Virus record (IMG/VR): IMGVR_UViG_3300044609_000595
Location: 46,320 to 110,319 of that record
Strand: one strand, 5' to 3'
Origin: a virus
DNA length: 64,000 bases
How positions within the stretch are numbered: the first letter of the stretch is position 1; each line of letters opens with the position of its first letter. A model generated the notes under the pieces. The model had not been told where the DNA came from. It searched no databases and saw only the letters and a list, made by a program, of their open reading frames with translations. A program made the translations under genes and the position numbers. Shown here one piece after another: positions 56,057 through 64,000 of the stretch.

Positions 56057-57226
56057 ATGAACTACGATTTTCCTGAAATTAATCATATTGACGATGTGAT
56101 TCCTCACATTGAAGATCTCCCTGAGTTCAAGGTGATGGTCAAGGATTGGTACACTGTCATCAATTATATGGTGGCGTTTGATGAAACGTTCTCGCTTGTT
56201 CGTGAGCGTAGTCATCATAACATGAAGATTCGCCGTGAATGTCGTGGTCTAATCTTTGATACTGCTACTGGGAAACTGATCTCTCGCCCTTACCATAAAT
56301 TCTTTAATGTGGGTGAGCGAGAAGAAACTGCTATTAACAAGGTTAATCTGTATGAACCTCATGTAGTTCTGGAGAAGTTGGACGGTTCTATGATCCGTCC
56401 GATTCCTACAAAAGAAGGTTTTCGTCTTGCTACCAAAGCAGGTGTTACTGATGTAGCAATGAATGCTGAGGTGTTTATTGCTGACAAGACTAACTATCGT
56501 GAGTTCATTCTTGAACTAATTGATGATCGTAAGACACCAATCTTTGAGTGGTGTTCTCGTAAGAATCGTATCGTTGTAGATTATCCTGAAGATCGTCTTA
56601 TTCTCACTGCTATTCGTGATAACGAAAATGGTAGTTATGTGCCGTATTATAAAATGGTATCGGCAGCTGGTTACGCTGACATTCCTGTTGTAAAAGCACT
56701 TGCTGGACTTGCTGTTCAAAACATTGATTTGTTTGTCAATCAGGTTCGGGAATGGGATGATGGCGAGGGTGTTGTACTACGATTTGATAGTGGGCACATG
56801 GTTAAAGTAAAAGCAGATGAGTATGTGCTTCGACACAAATCTAAAGAGCAGATCAGTCAGGAGAAAAACGTCCTCCAGACCATCCTAAATGACTCTGTAG
56901 ACGACGTTGTGCCGTTGCTCACCCCTGACGACGCTACCCGTCTTAAAGCATTCCAGACGGCTTTCTGGGCGTCTGTGGACGATTTGGCGTATGAAATGGC
57001 ACAGATTTATCTGGGTGGTAATACCGTGTATCCCGATAAGAAAGATTTCGCTGTGGAATTTGTTCAAAAACGGATCTTGCCGATTCATGCTCCGATCATG
57101 TATGCTATGAAAGGTGGCAAGGGTTCCCGTGCTACCATTATAGATATGATCAGCAAGTCGCTAACGACTCAAACTAAAATTGAACAAAATCGCTGGTTGT
57201 GGGGAGGTCTCAAATGGAATGTGTGA
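56057..57226 (+). CDS. rnlA: RNA ligase 1 (T4 Rnl1 family)
   Basis: RECRGLIF, SRPYHKFFN, motif I EKLDGSM, FEWCS..N.IV..Y, EGVV, KVK...Y. Confidence 0.88.
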   Translation: MNYDFPEINHIDDVIPHIEDLPEFKVMVKDWYTVINYMVAFDETFSLVRERSHHNMKIRRECRGLIFDTATGKLISRPYHKFFNVGEREETAINKVNLYEPHVVLEKLDGSMIRPIPTKEGFRLATKAGVTDVAMNAEVFIADKTNYREFILELIDDRKTPIFEWCSRKNRIVVDYPEDRLILTAIRDNENGSYVPYYKMVSAAGYADIPVVKALAGLAVQNIDLFVNQVREWDDGEGVVLRFDSGHMVKVKADEYVLRHKSKEQISQEKNVLQTILNDSVDDVVPLLTPDDATRLKAFQTAFWASVDDLAYEMAQIYLGGNTVYPDKKDFAVEFVQKRILPIHAPIMYAMKGGKGSRATIIDMISKSLTTQTKIEQNRWLWGGLKWNV

Positions 57227-57723
57227 TGCTATGTGGTATACCAACGTCAGGTAAATCTACATTTGTTGAACGTCTTCTCAAAACAGATTATTGGAAAAAT
57301 TGTGTAGTGCTGTCCACAGATTACTACATTGATTACTATGCCAAGAAACTTGGGAAGACATACAATGAAGTGTTTGATGATTACATTGATGAAGCAACTC
57401 AAAGCATGAACAAATGCTTGGCACATGCTATCGAAAATGAGAAGCATATCATCTGGGATCAAACTAATCTTGGTGTGAAAGCACGAAGAAAGAAACTGAA
57501 TAAACTTCCGTCACATTGTCACAGAGGAGCAATCTATTTTGAAGTTCCTTTGGAAGAAGCAATGGAACGTAATGAACACCGTGAAGGTAAGTTCATTCCA
57601 AAAAGCATTCTTCATAGAATGTATCACCAATTTGAAATTCCCACTGTAGCAGAAGGATTTGATTATGTCGAATGTGGAACTGAAGAAATGCTTCGTCTTC
57701 GATCTCGATGGCACTATTTGTGA
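57214..57723 (+). CDS. Polynucleotide kinase (AAA_33 / PseT kinase domain)
   Basis: CGIPTSGKST, LSTD, IWDQTN....R, ERN..R. Confidence 0.82.
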   Translation: MECVMLCGIPTSGKSTFVERLLKTDYWKNCVVLSTDYYIDYYAKKLGKTYNEVFDDYIDEATQSMNKCLAHAIENEKHIIWDQTNLGVKARRKKLNKLPSHCHRGAIYFEVPLEEAMERNEHREGKFIPKSILHRMYHQFEIPTVAEGFDYVECGTEEMLRLRSRWHYL

Positions 57724-58126
57724 TGTTCGCCATCGAAGACAATTTGTAGCAACGAAACCCCGTAACTGGGATGCTTGGAATGCTGGTCTGGTAAATGATA
57801 CACCTAATATAGCAGTTCAAATAGTATTTCAAGCACTTCGTAATGATCAGGAAGTTGACTTGATTATTGTTTCTGGTCGTTCAGATGACTACAAGGAACA
57901 AACGATCAAGTGGTTGACTGACAACGAAATCTTCTACGATGAGATCTATATGAGAAAGTACAAGGATCATCGTGATGATGCTGTTGTCAAAGGTGAAATT
58001 GCTGACGAAATTGAGAAGACCCATCAAATTCTTGGTGTGTTTGATGATCGGCAGCGTGTTGTCAACATGTGGATCGAGCGTGGCATCTGGGTGTTTGATG
58101 TGGGGCAAGGCAAGGGACAGTTTTGA
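57665..58126 (+). CDS. HAD-family 3'-phosphatase (PseT phosphatase domain)
   Basis: FDLDGT, VSGRS, T..WL, MR...D.R.D..VK, FDDR..VV.MW...G. Confidence 0.88.
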   Translation: MSNVELKKCFVFDLDGTICDVRHRRQFVATKPRNWDAWNAGLVNDTPNIAVQIVFQALRNDQEVDLIIVSGRSDDYKEQTIKWLTDNEIFYDEIYMRKYKDHRDDAVVKGEIADEIEKTHQILGVFDDRQRVVNMWIERGIWVFDVGQGKGQF

Positions 58127-58170
58127 AACTGACACAGGGGCTTGACAGCCCCTTTTTTATGGTCTATACT
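58116..58170 (+). promoter_or_regulatory. Early promoter within a terminator hairpin, with an upstream GACA..ACTG.CACA box
   Basis: AGGGGCT-TGAC-AGCCCCT-TTTTT; TTGACA 58142-58147, 17 nt, TATACT 58165-58170. Confidence 0.8.
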
Positions 58171-58193
58171 GTTTTCAGTTCAAACAAAAACAC

Positions 58194-58394
58194 ATGTCCA
58201 GTTCTTCCTCTTCCTCCAGCGGTATCGGTTTCCCTGGTCTGCTGACTGTTCTGTTTGTTGGTCTGAAACTTACTGGTCATATCACTTGGCCCTGGGTGTG
58301 GGTGCTGTCTCCGCTGTGGATTAGTGCTCTTATCTTTCTTTGTGCTGTTGCCACTATCGTGATTGTTGGTGTCATTACTGGTGCTTTCAAATGA
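58194..58394 (+). CDS. Small two-helix membrane protein
   Basis: Ser-rich start, GIGF.GLLT.LF..LKL.G.I.W.W.WVLSPLWI. Confidence 0.7.
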   Translation: MSSSSSSSSGIGFPGLLTVLFVGLKLTGHITWPWVWVLSPLWISALIFLCAVATIVIVGVITGAFK

Positions 58395-58573
58395 AACCAA
58401 AGTATCATGTGATTCTTGAAATGGCAATCGAGCAGGGTGTTCAGCGTGGTTGGCGTCTTGCTCACAAACATGTAGAAAATCCTGAAGAGTATGTAATCAT
58501 TGAGCGTATTAATGATGAAGTGATGTCTGCTATTACTGACTATTTTACCTTTGAAGATTTTGATTTCGTATGA
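58391..58573 (+). CDS. Conserved hypothetical protein
   Basis: MKPK...ILE.AIE.GV.RGW..AHKH.ENP; ATGA overlaps. Confidence 0.65.
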   Translation: MKPKYHVILEMAIEQGVQRGWRLAHKHVENPEEYVIIERINDEVMSAITDYFTFEDFDFV

Positions 58574-59613
58574 ACACCGTCCGTAAACTTGCTTCGATCA
58601 AACCTATCACCTACATCAAACCCATTGAGGGTGCTGATGCTATTGAGTGTGCCATTGTTGATGGTGGTTGGCCAGTAGTTGTCAAGAAGGGTGAGTATAA
58701 TGTTGGTGATATTGCTATCTACCTTGAGATTGATAGTTGGGTTCCTCACGAACTCGCTCCATTCCTCAGTAAGGGTCAAGAACCCCGTGAGTATAATGGT
58801 GTGAAAGGTGAACGCCTCAAAACTGTTAAACTTCGTGGTCAAGTAAGTCAGGGTCTTTTGCTGCCGATTGAACTTACTTTCTGGCGTGATATTGGCACCG
58901 ACCTTACCGAATCGCTGGGTATTCAGAAGTGGGAACCGCCCATCCCTGCTCAACTTCAGGGAACGATGAAGGGTAACTTCCCCCACTTCATTCCTAAAAC
59001 TGACCAGGAGCGTTGCCAGAACCTTCGTAAAGACATCTTTGAGGAGCACGAAGGTGAAACCTATGAAGTAACTCTCAAACTTGATGGTAGCAGCACCACT
59101 ATCTACATCAAAGATGGTGAAGTTGGTGTGTGTTCTCGGAACATTGACTTGAAGGAAACTGAAGGTAATAGTTTCTGGAAAGCAGCACGGGACCAGAATA
59201 TCATCGAACCTTTGCTTGAACTGAGCAAAGAGAAAGGTGAAGAGTATGCCATCCAAGGTGAGTTGATTGGTGAGGGTATTCAGGGTAATCCCGAAAAACT
59301 CAAAGGTCAGCGTTTCTATCTGTTTGACATCTACAGCATCACTGAAGGTCGTTATTTTGAACCATTTGAGCGTTATACCGTTCTTGACCAACTGAGGATG
59401 CTTGGTGCTGATGTGGAGCATGTTCCTATCATTGACCAACACGTTTTTGTTACCCAACAATACGAAACCATTGACGACCTTCTTAACTTTGCTGAAGGTC
59501 CATCGCTGAATCCACAAACCAAACGTGAAGGTATCGTATTCAAATCGTGGGATAGTGATTTCACTTTCAAAGCGATTGCTAACTCGTATCTCCTAAAGCA
59601 TAAAGACCGATGA
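58570..59613 (+). CDS. RNA ligase, DRB0094/Rnl5 family
   Basis: RKLASI..I..I.PIEGADAIE.A.V.GW.VVV.KG, LRGQ.SQGLL, PKTDQER.QN, KLDGSS, QGEL.G.GIQ.N, EGIVFK, FKAI.N.YL. Confidence 0.9.
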   Translation: MNTVRKLASIKPITYIKPIEGADAIECAIVDGGWPVVVKKGEYNVGDIAIYLEIDSWVPHELAPFLSKGQEPREYNGVKGERLKTVKLRGQVSQGLLLPIELTFWRDIGTDLTESLGIQKWEPPIPAQLQGTMKGNFPHFIPKTDQERCQNLRKDIFEEHEGETYEVTLKLDGSSTTIYIKDGEVGVCSRNIDLKETEGNSFWKAARDQNIIEPLLELSKEKGEEYAIQGELIGEGIQGNPEKLKGQRFYLFDIYSITEGRYFEPFERYTVLDQLRMLGADVEHVPIIDQHVFVTQQYETIDDLLNFAEGPSLNPQTKREGIVFKSWDSDFTFKAIANSYLLKHKDR

Positions 59614-59891
59614 ATGAAGAAGAACTCCCAGTATCAAACGAATTCATCACATTCGTAAAAATTCAACTGAACCACGAACAAAAGCAACAACTCAATCGTT
59701 TCCTAAATTTCCACTATCTTGGTGATGTTCACTGTAATGAATATGATGAGAACTTCAAACTTGTTCCCAAATATCCAGAGAAAGAAACTGAAGAGTTCAA
59801 AGATGCTTTTTGGAGAGCAAATATGTGTGTAGATTATCAAGTCAAAGTGGTTTATGATGTGAATGGTAATTGTAAATTGGAGTTGCTATGA
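59610..59891 (+). CDS. Hypothetical protein
   Basis: ATGA coupling. Confidence 0.55.
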   Translation: MNEEELPVSNEFITFVKIQLNHEQKQQLNRFLNFHYLGDVHCNEYDENFKLVPKYPEKETEEFKDAFWRANMCVDYQVKVVYDVNGNCKLELL

Positions 59892-60145
59892 AGTTATTTC
59901 AATACGATAAGAAAGTTTGGGAAGGTGGTGAAACCTCACACACTTGGCAGTTTGGTATCATCAAAAATCATTCATTCCTGTGGGTGAATTATGAAAATCC
60001 TACCGCTCATCATTGGTCTTCTGGTGGATTTCATATCACACTTTCTTTTCTTGCCAGTTCTTTTTTTGGTGTAGAACTTAATAACGACAAACAATCTCTT
60101 GCTTTTGAATTTTTCACAGAATACTTTGATGGGTGGAATGAATGA
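59888..60145 (+). CDS. Hypothetical protein (aromatic, beta-rich)
   Basis: GGAG upstream, ATGA coupling. Confidence 0.55.
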   Translation: MKLFQYDKKVWEGGETSHTWQFGIIKNHSFLWVNYENPTAHHWSSGGFHITLSFLASSFFGVELNNDKQSLAFEFFTEYFDGWNE

Positions 60146-60366
60146 CTAACCAACAACGAGCAGAAGAACTCTTAAAAGTTATTTGTAAAAGTGAAGCACA
60201 CAATACTGCTTGGATGCTTCAAGAAGTTCTTCAACAACTTCGTAAGCAACTATCAGGAACGAATAAGATTGATTTTACTGATGAACTGGATGTAATGTTT
60301 AATGCTGGATGGGATGAATGTCTCAAAGAGATTGATGCCATTTGTGATGAACTTTTAGAACTATGA
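60142..60366 (+). CDS. Small helical hypothetical protein
   Basis: MTNQQRAEELL...IDAICDELLEL. Confidence 0.55.
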   Translation: MTNQQRAEELLKVICKSEAHNTAWMLQEVLQQLRKQLSGTNKIDFTDELDVMFNAGWDECLKEIDAICDELLEL

Positions 60367-60519
60367 TACTAAAAGATAGGATTGTATATTATAGTGCTTG
60401 GGTAGTTTGGATTTCTTGTTGTCTATCTCCTACATTTTTTGTTGCATATCTTTCGCATCAACAGTATGATTTTGATATAAAAATGAATGAATTAAGAACA
60501 GAACTTATAGGAGTAAAAA

Positions 60520-60726
60520 ATGACTAACACAGCATACCAAATCTGGGAAACATTCAAAGCAGAATTGATTGTAGAACCCACAGATGATATGAAAGAAGCA
60601 TTAGCATCTTCTATCCGTGTGATTTCTTCTATCATTCATAGAGATGGAGTGCTTGCAAATGAACCTTGGCTTACTCATACTGCTCAAGAACTAAATGAGA
60701 TTGCTGATGATATGGAGGCACTATGA
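60520..60726 (+). CDS. Small helical hypothetical protein
   Basis: AGGAG upstream; ...ALASSIR...LNEIADDMEAL. Confidence 0.6.
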   Translation: MTNTAYQIWETFKAELIVEPTDDMKEALASSIRVISSIIHRDGVLANEPWLTHTAQELNEIADDMEAL

Positions 60727-60893
60727 CTGAAAGAGCAAAAAAGATTATGGAAGCATACGAAGCAGAGGATACATACAACTTTCCAAAGGATGGAGTTGTT
60801 GCTGCTCTTCGTAAAGTTGTAGAGGAACTCAAGTATATCGGTATTACTGAAAAGAACATCCTTGAACTTGCTGATGAACTGGAAAAACTATGA
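60723..60893 (+). CDS. Small helical hypothetical protein (56 aa; missed by the ORF track)
   Basis: GGAGG upstream; MTERAKKIMEAY...VVAALRKVVEEL...ILELADELEKL. Confidence 0.6.
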   Translation: MTERAKKIMEAYEAEDTYNFPKDGVVAALRKVVEELKYIGITEKNILELADELEKL

Positions 60894-61111
60894 AAAACTT
60901 TAATGAAATCACTTGGGCAGTTTTGTCTTTCTTTTTTATTATAATCGTTGCTGGTGCTATCATCACCTATGATGCCCAACAACAACGAGTATTATTCCAA
61001 CAAACATACAATAAAAACTTGGAGTGTCGTCAAGCACTCAAAGACCAAACAGTAGGAAGAGTGAATGAGATTTGTGGCGATGTTCCTGCTATTGGAGCTT
61101 TTGTGAAATGA
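60890..61111 (+). CDS. Small membrane-anchored protein
   Basis: Hydrophobic N-terminal helix, two Cys. Confidence 0.55.
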   Translation: MKNFNEITWAVLSFFFIIIVAGAIITYDAQQQRVLFQQTYNKNLECRQALKDQTVGRVNEICGDVPAIGAFVK

Positions 61112-61293
61112 GAGAAGTAAAGTTTACTACAATCACCCGTGTGATTGACCCTAAGACACGAATCCATTACATTGATGCCATTGATGAGGATGGTATTCAC
61201 TGGATGGCACAGATGGATCATAAAACAGAACCACATCTGTGCTTCATAAGAGAATGGAGAAAAGACCCACAGCAACCCAGAATCTATGATTAA
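61108..61293 (+). CDS. Hypothetical protein
   Basis: RVIDPKTRIHY.DAIDEDG.HW.A.M. Confidence 0.55.
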   Translation: MREVKFTTITRVIDPKTRIHYIDAIDEDGIHWMAQMDHKTEPHLCFIREWRKDPQQPRIYD

Positions 61294-61453
61294 AATTCAA
61301 AAAACTTACCATCTTGCACTTACAGAAGACCAAGCAAAAGAACTCTACCAACTTCTACGAACTGAAAGGGATAGTGGATGTCTAACACCTGATAAAGAAC
61401 TGGTGCTTGTTTATCACGAACTCAAAAACCTCTTTGATACTGGAATACGATGA
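61286..61453 (+). CDS. Small hypothetical protein (55 aa)
   Basis: MIKIQKTYHLALTEDQAKELYQLL...; ATGA coupling to the next gene. Confidence 0.5.
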   Translation: MIKIQKTYHLALTEDQAKELYQLLRTERDSGCLTPDKELVLVYHELKNLFDTGIR

Positions 61454-61704
61454 CTGATATATCCCCAGAACTTATGGATGAAATAGTTGATAGGATGGTG
61501 AAAAAACACCAAGCACAAAAACTCTACCATAGATTGTATGATGAACTTGGTTATGATTTTGATACTTGTAATGATATTGTAGATTTGGTGGAAGATTGGT
61601 TGCCTAAGGAACAATCTGCTGCTGGTTCTCAGAACGTAAATACTGAGTTACTTGTGGAAGGATTTAATCACTGTTTACAAAAAATGAAGGAGATGTTACG
61701 ATGA
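61450..61704 (+). CDS. Hypothetical protein
   Basis: IVDLVEDWLPKEQSAAGSQN.....LVEGFN.C. Confidence 0.6.
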   Translation: MTDISPELMDEIVDRMVKKHQAQKLYHRLYDELGYDFDTCNDIVDLVEDWLPKEQSAAGSQNVNTELLVEGFNHCLQKMKEMLR

Positions 61705-62027
61705 CTAAAGAACAAATAGAGCAACTGCGAGCACTGATTCAGTGTGAGATTAACTATGCCTTACAGGAAGAAAGTGGGTATCGTTTCTCCTATGAAACCA
61801 AAGAGTTTAATGATACAGCATGGGAAACCTTCATAGATAGTTTCAAATTTAGAATGACAACAACATGACCGAACAAACTAAATCTATCCTTGCTGGAATG
61901 CAAATCGAAAACATTTGTAAATTACTTGATGGTGAGGTACAATACTACCAATGCTCCGATCTTCATTCAGAGCACAAGAAAATTGTAATTATCTACGACA
62001 AAAAGAAGAGAGGTGATAGCCTTGGGA

Positions 62028-62417
62028 ATGTTTGATTATTTTAGATCATCATATGATCTAGGAGAACAATTTACGAATGTAGAGTGTCAAACCAAAGACA
62101 TGGAGGAGGGTATTGGCGGCACCATGTCACACTACTGGTTAGATCCCAGTGGAGTTTTGTGGTATCCAGATTATGTTGGTACAAATACATTTGAGGTTAT
62201 TGAGGAAGATGATCCTAGATATGATCAAACTAGGAAGTTTTTAAACTTCGAATGGGTGCCGACAGGAAAACGTGGCGTATATAGACCATATCTTATAACA
62301 AGATATGTTGAAGTATATCCTGCCGCTTGGCAGGGACAATGGGAGGACTGGCCCAGGTTGAAAATCCACTTCAAACGTGGTATACTACAAGACTACGAGG
62401 AGGTTACTCGATCATGA
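62028..62417 (+). CDS. Conserved cyanophage hypothetical protein
   Basis: MFDYFRSSYDLG..FT....QTKD.....GGTM..YWLDP.G.LW. Confidence 0.7.
   Translation: MFDYFRSSYDLGEQFTNVECQTKDMEEGIGGTMSHYWLDPSGVLWYPDYVGTNTFEVIEEDDPRYDQTRKFLNFEWVPTGKRGVYRPYLITRYVEVYPAAWQGQWEDWPRLKIHFKRGILQDYEEVTRS
62358..62386 (+). promoter_or_regulatory. Internal sigma70-type promoter
   Basis: TTGAAA, 17 nt, TG-G-TATACT, followed by GAGGAGG and ATG 62414. Confidence 0.55.
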
Positions 62418-62791
62418 CTGACACAAACGACAAATTTCCCCACACTGGCTTCCCCATCCGCCTGGAGCACCAGGATGGCAAGGAACGTAGAATCTGCTGG
62501 TTTCAATGCCAGAACCATCTTGACAAGCATCTGACTCGTTACAAGATCAAAGCAAAGGATGTTACCATCCTCTATCAAGATCCTGCTCTAGCCATGCCAC
62601 TTCCTGTAGTGGACAAGGAAGAACCTGTAGAAACACCGAAGAAACGTGGCAGAAAACCCAAGCAGCAACTATTCTCTTCACTAGACCAATTCTTTGAACC
62701 AAATGAAAAAACTGTGGCACCTGTGGGCACTAGCACTGGGGGAGAAAGCACACAAAAAAGACGACGTGGCCGACCGAGTAGCAATCGTTAG
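62414..62791 (+). CDS. Hypothetical protein with AT-hook-like basic motifs
   Basis: FP.RLEH....ICWFQC..HL.KH..RY; PKKRGRKPK and KRRRGRPS. Confidence 0.65.
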   Translation: MTDTNDKFPHTGFPIRLEHQDGKERRICWFQCQNHLDKHLTRYKIKAKDVTILYQDPALAMPLPVVDKEEPVETPKKRGRKPKQQLFSSLDQFFEPNEKTVAPVGTSTGGESTQKRRRGRPSSNR

Positions 62792-62930
62792 GACTATTAT
62801 ATTTGTCACATATTTCGTGACAAATGCCTTTATCATCGCTGGTGTAGTTCGACACTGGAATGATCAACCAGCACAAATTATTATTGAAGGAGTACCTGAT
62901 GAGCAACCAACAAGAGCAAACTTTCTATGA
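62703..62930 (+). CDS. Conserved small cyanophage membrane protein
   Basis: WHLWA.ALGEKA...D..AD.VA.VRT.IF..Y..TN.FI.AGV.RHWN. Confidence 0.65.
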   Translation: MKKLWHLWALALGEKAHKKDDVADRVAIVRTIIFVTYFVTNAFIIAGVVRHWNDQPAQIIIEGVPDEQPTRANFL

Positions 62931-63120
62931 TGAGGGAGCATTTTATTTGAAGCAAACTCCGTATGGACTTTGGCACTCTTTTGACAAAGATGGGAAGCCT
63001 ATCATCACTTCTCTCACAGAAGAAGAATGTGTTAATGCTACTCGATGCTATCTTAAATGGCTTCAAGAAGGATTCCCCGAAGCACAAACACACGAAGGAG
63101 TGGTGGGAGGTAAATTGTGA
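62899..63120 (+). CDS. Hypothetical protein
   Basis: AAGGAG upstream; W.S.D.DG...ITSLTEE.C..ATR.YLK...VGGKL. Confidence 0.6.
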   Translation: MSNQQEQTFYDEGAFYLKQTPYGLWHSFDKDGKPIITSLTEEECVNATRCYLKWLQEGFPEAQTHEGVVGGKL

Positions 63121-63341
63121 CTGAAGCAACTGTAATTTATCCAAAATACGAAGAATACAAAGACACTATTGTAATTGATTTTGGAAAAAATGGAATCAGT
63201 AGTTATTATATGGATAATTGGGATTTGAATGAACTGTATGAATATCTTCAAGAAAAATTTCAAAGACATCCAATTAGTAATGCAGAGCAAGTGTTAAATA
63301 AAGTTCAAGAAATTTTTATTCAGTATCATACACAGAAATGA
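63117..63341 (+). CDS. Hypothetical protein
   Basis: GTGA overlap, GGAGG upstream. Confidence 0.5.
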   Translation: MTEATVIYPKYEEYKDTIVIDFGKNGISSYYMDNWDLNELYEYLQEKFQRHPISNAEQVLNKVQEIFIQYHTQK

Positions 63342-63505
63342 AAAAAATCAATGAACAAATATATCATGTTTTGGACCCAACAACACCTTGGCATGATTGG
63401 TTGTGTTACTGTGAAATCTGTCATCAGTTACAAATTGTGAATCAACCCAGTCTCGGGCGATTTATGCGTTATCGTAATTACTTGAAAGAAGTTGGTGTTC
63501 TATGA
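63338..63505 (+). CDS. Small hypothetical protein (55 aa)
   Basis: HVLDPTTPW.DWL.YCEIC.QL....PSL.RFMRYRNYLKEVG. Confidence 0.55.
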   Translation: MKKINEQIYHVLDPTTPWHDWLCYCEICHQLQIVNQPSLGRFMRYRNYLKEVGVL

Positions 63506-64000
63506 ACATTTTTGTCACAAATCAGTTTCCTGCCGAAAGTGCTATTTGCTTACCAGACAAACATATTGTCAAAATGCCGTTGGAATGTTGCCAGATGCTC
63601 AGCATCGTTGCTTCTTCTTGGTATCATAATTACGGTCCATTACATAAAAAAGATGGTACACCATATGCCACAAAGAAAGGTGCATTTCGTAACCACCCCT
63701 GCACACAATGGGCAGCACAAACAATTGACAATGCTTATTGGTTAATTAAACATGGCATGAATTTATGTGATGAATATATTATTCGTTATAACAAAGTTCA
63801 TTCATGCTATAATACTTTACTTGAAGCATATTATCTGTTTCCGAAAGGTAAGATTACCAACGTAACACCATTCGCCCGTGCTATGCCAGATGAATTTAAA
63901 CTTGACACAAGCATTGACACTTTTACTGCTTACAAGATGTATATTTCGTCCAAACCTTGGGTTGCATCTAATTATCTTCGTATGCCAGAACGTAAGCCTG
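63502..64000 (+). CDS. Pyrimidine-dimer DNA glycosylase-like protein (DenV/Pyr_excise family), truncated by the window end
   Basis: MNIFVT...P..SA..LPDKHIVKMPLECCQMLS, NHPCT.W, LC.EY..RY.K.H, PF.RAMP. Confidence 0.75.
   Translation, partial: MNIFVTNQFPAESAICLPDKHIVKMPLECCQMLSIVASSWYHNYGPLHKKDGTPYATKKGAFRNHPCTQWAAQTIDNAYWLIKHGMNLCDEYIIRYNKVHSCYNTLLEAYYLFPKGKITNVTPFARAMPDEFKLDTSIDTFTAYKMYISSKPWVASNYLRMPERKP

Noticed and set aside
58540-59517. 325-aa antisense ORF opposite the DRB0094-type ligase
   Set aside because: Mirror-frame ORF expected from the sense gene's codon bias; no recognisable motif or expression signals
1-64000. Introns, inteins, stop-codon recoding, CRISPR arrays, transposases
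   Set aside because: Core genes are uninterrupted and of normal length in the standard code, no suppressor tRNA is present, and no such elements were recognised

Overview
64-kb segment of a T4-like cyanomyovirus genome (Kyanoviridae-type; cpeT, phoH, speD, thyX and the conserved cyanophage gene order point to a picocyanobacterial host). From left to right: (1) 1-5.7 kb replication/late-transcription block (rnh 3' end, speD, thyX, phoH, exonuclease, gp33, DUF1825-like, gp32); (2) 5.7-22.2 kb baseplate/tail block (gp53, gp48, gp2 and gp4 on the minus strand; gp54-like; gp26/gp51 joined by a candidate -1 slippery site; two paralogous tape-measure-like proteins carrying three different peptidoglycan hydrolase domains; gp27-like; gp5 and a spike-like protein); (3) 22.2-25.6 kb tRNA island (6 tRNAs, a tRNA-like element, structured RNA candidates, 2OG-Fe(II) oxygenase, cpeT, HNH-like nuclease, two copies of a phased A-tract repeat); (4) 25.6-49.9 kb giant 3530-aa virion protein, tail-collar/fibre genes and 2OG-Fe(II) oxygenases; (5) 50-64 kb early region with an SF2 helicase, an RNA repair cassette (Rnl1, split PNKP, DRB0094-type ligase), many small ORFs and a partial DenV-like glycosylase. 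The most striking observation is that the giant virion protein contains four repeats that align by eye with the phycobiliprotein globin core, keeping both the Cys84-type (C-x-R-D-I-G-Y) and Cys155-type cysteines, about 1.3 kb downstream of a phage T-type bilin lyase. This suggests a possible bilin-chromophorylated virion system. All assignments come from motif recognition by eye; no database searches were run.
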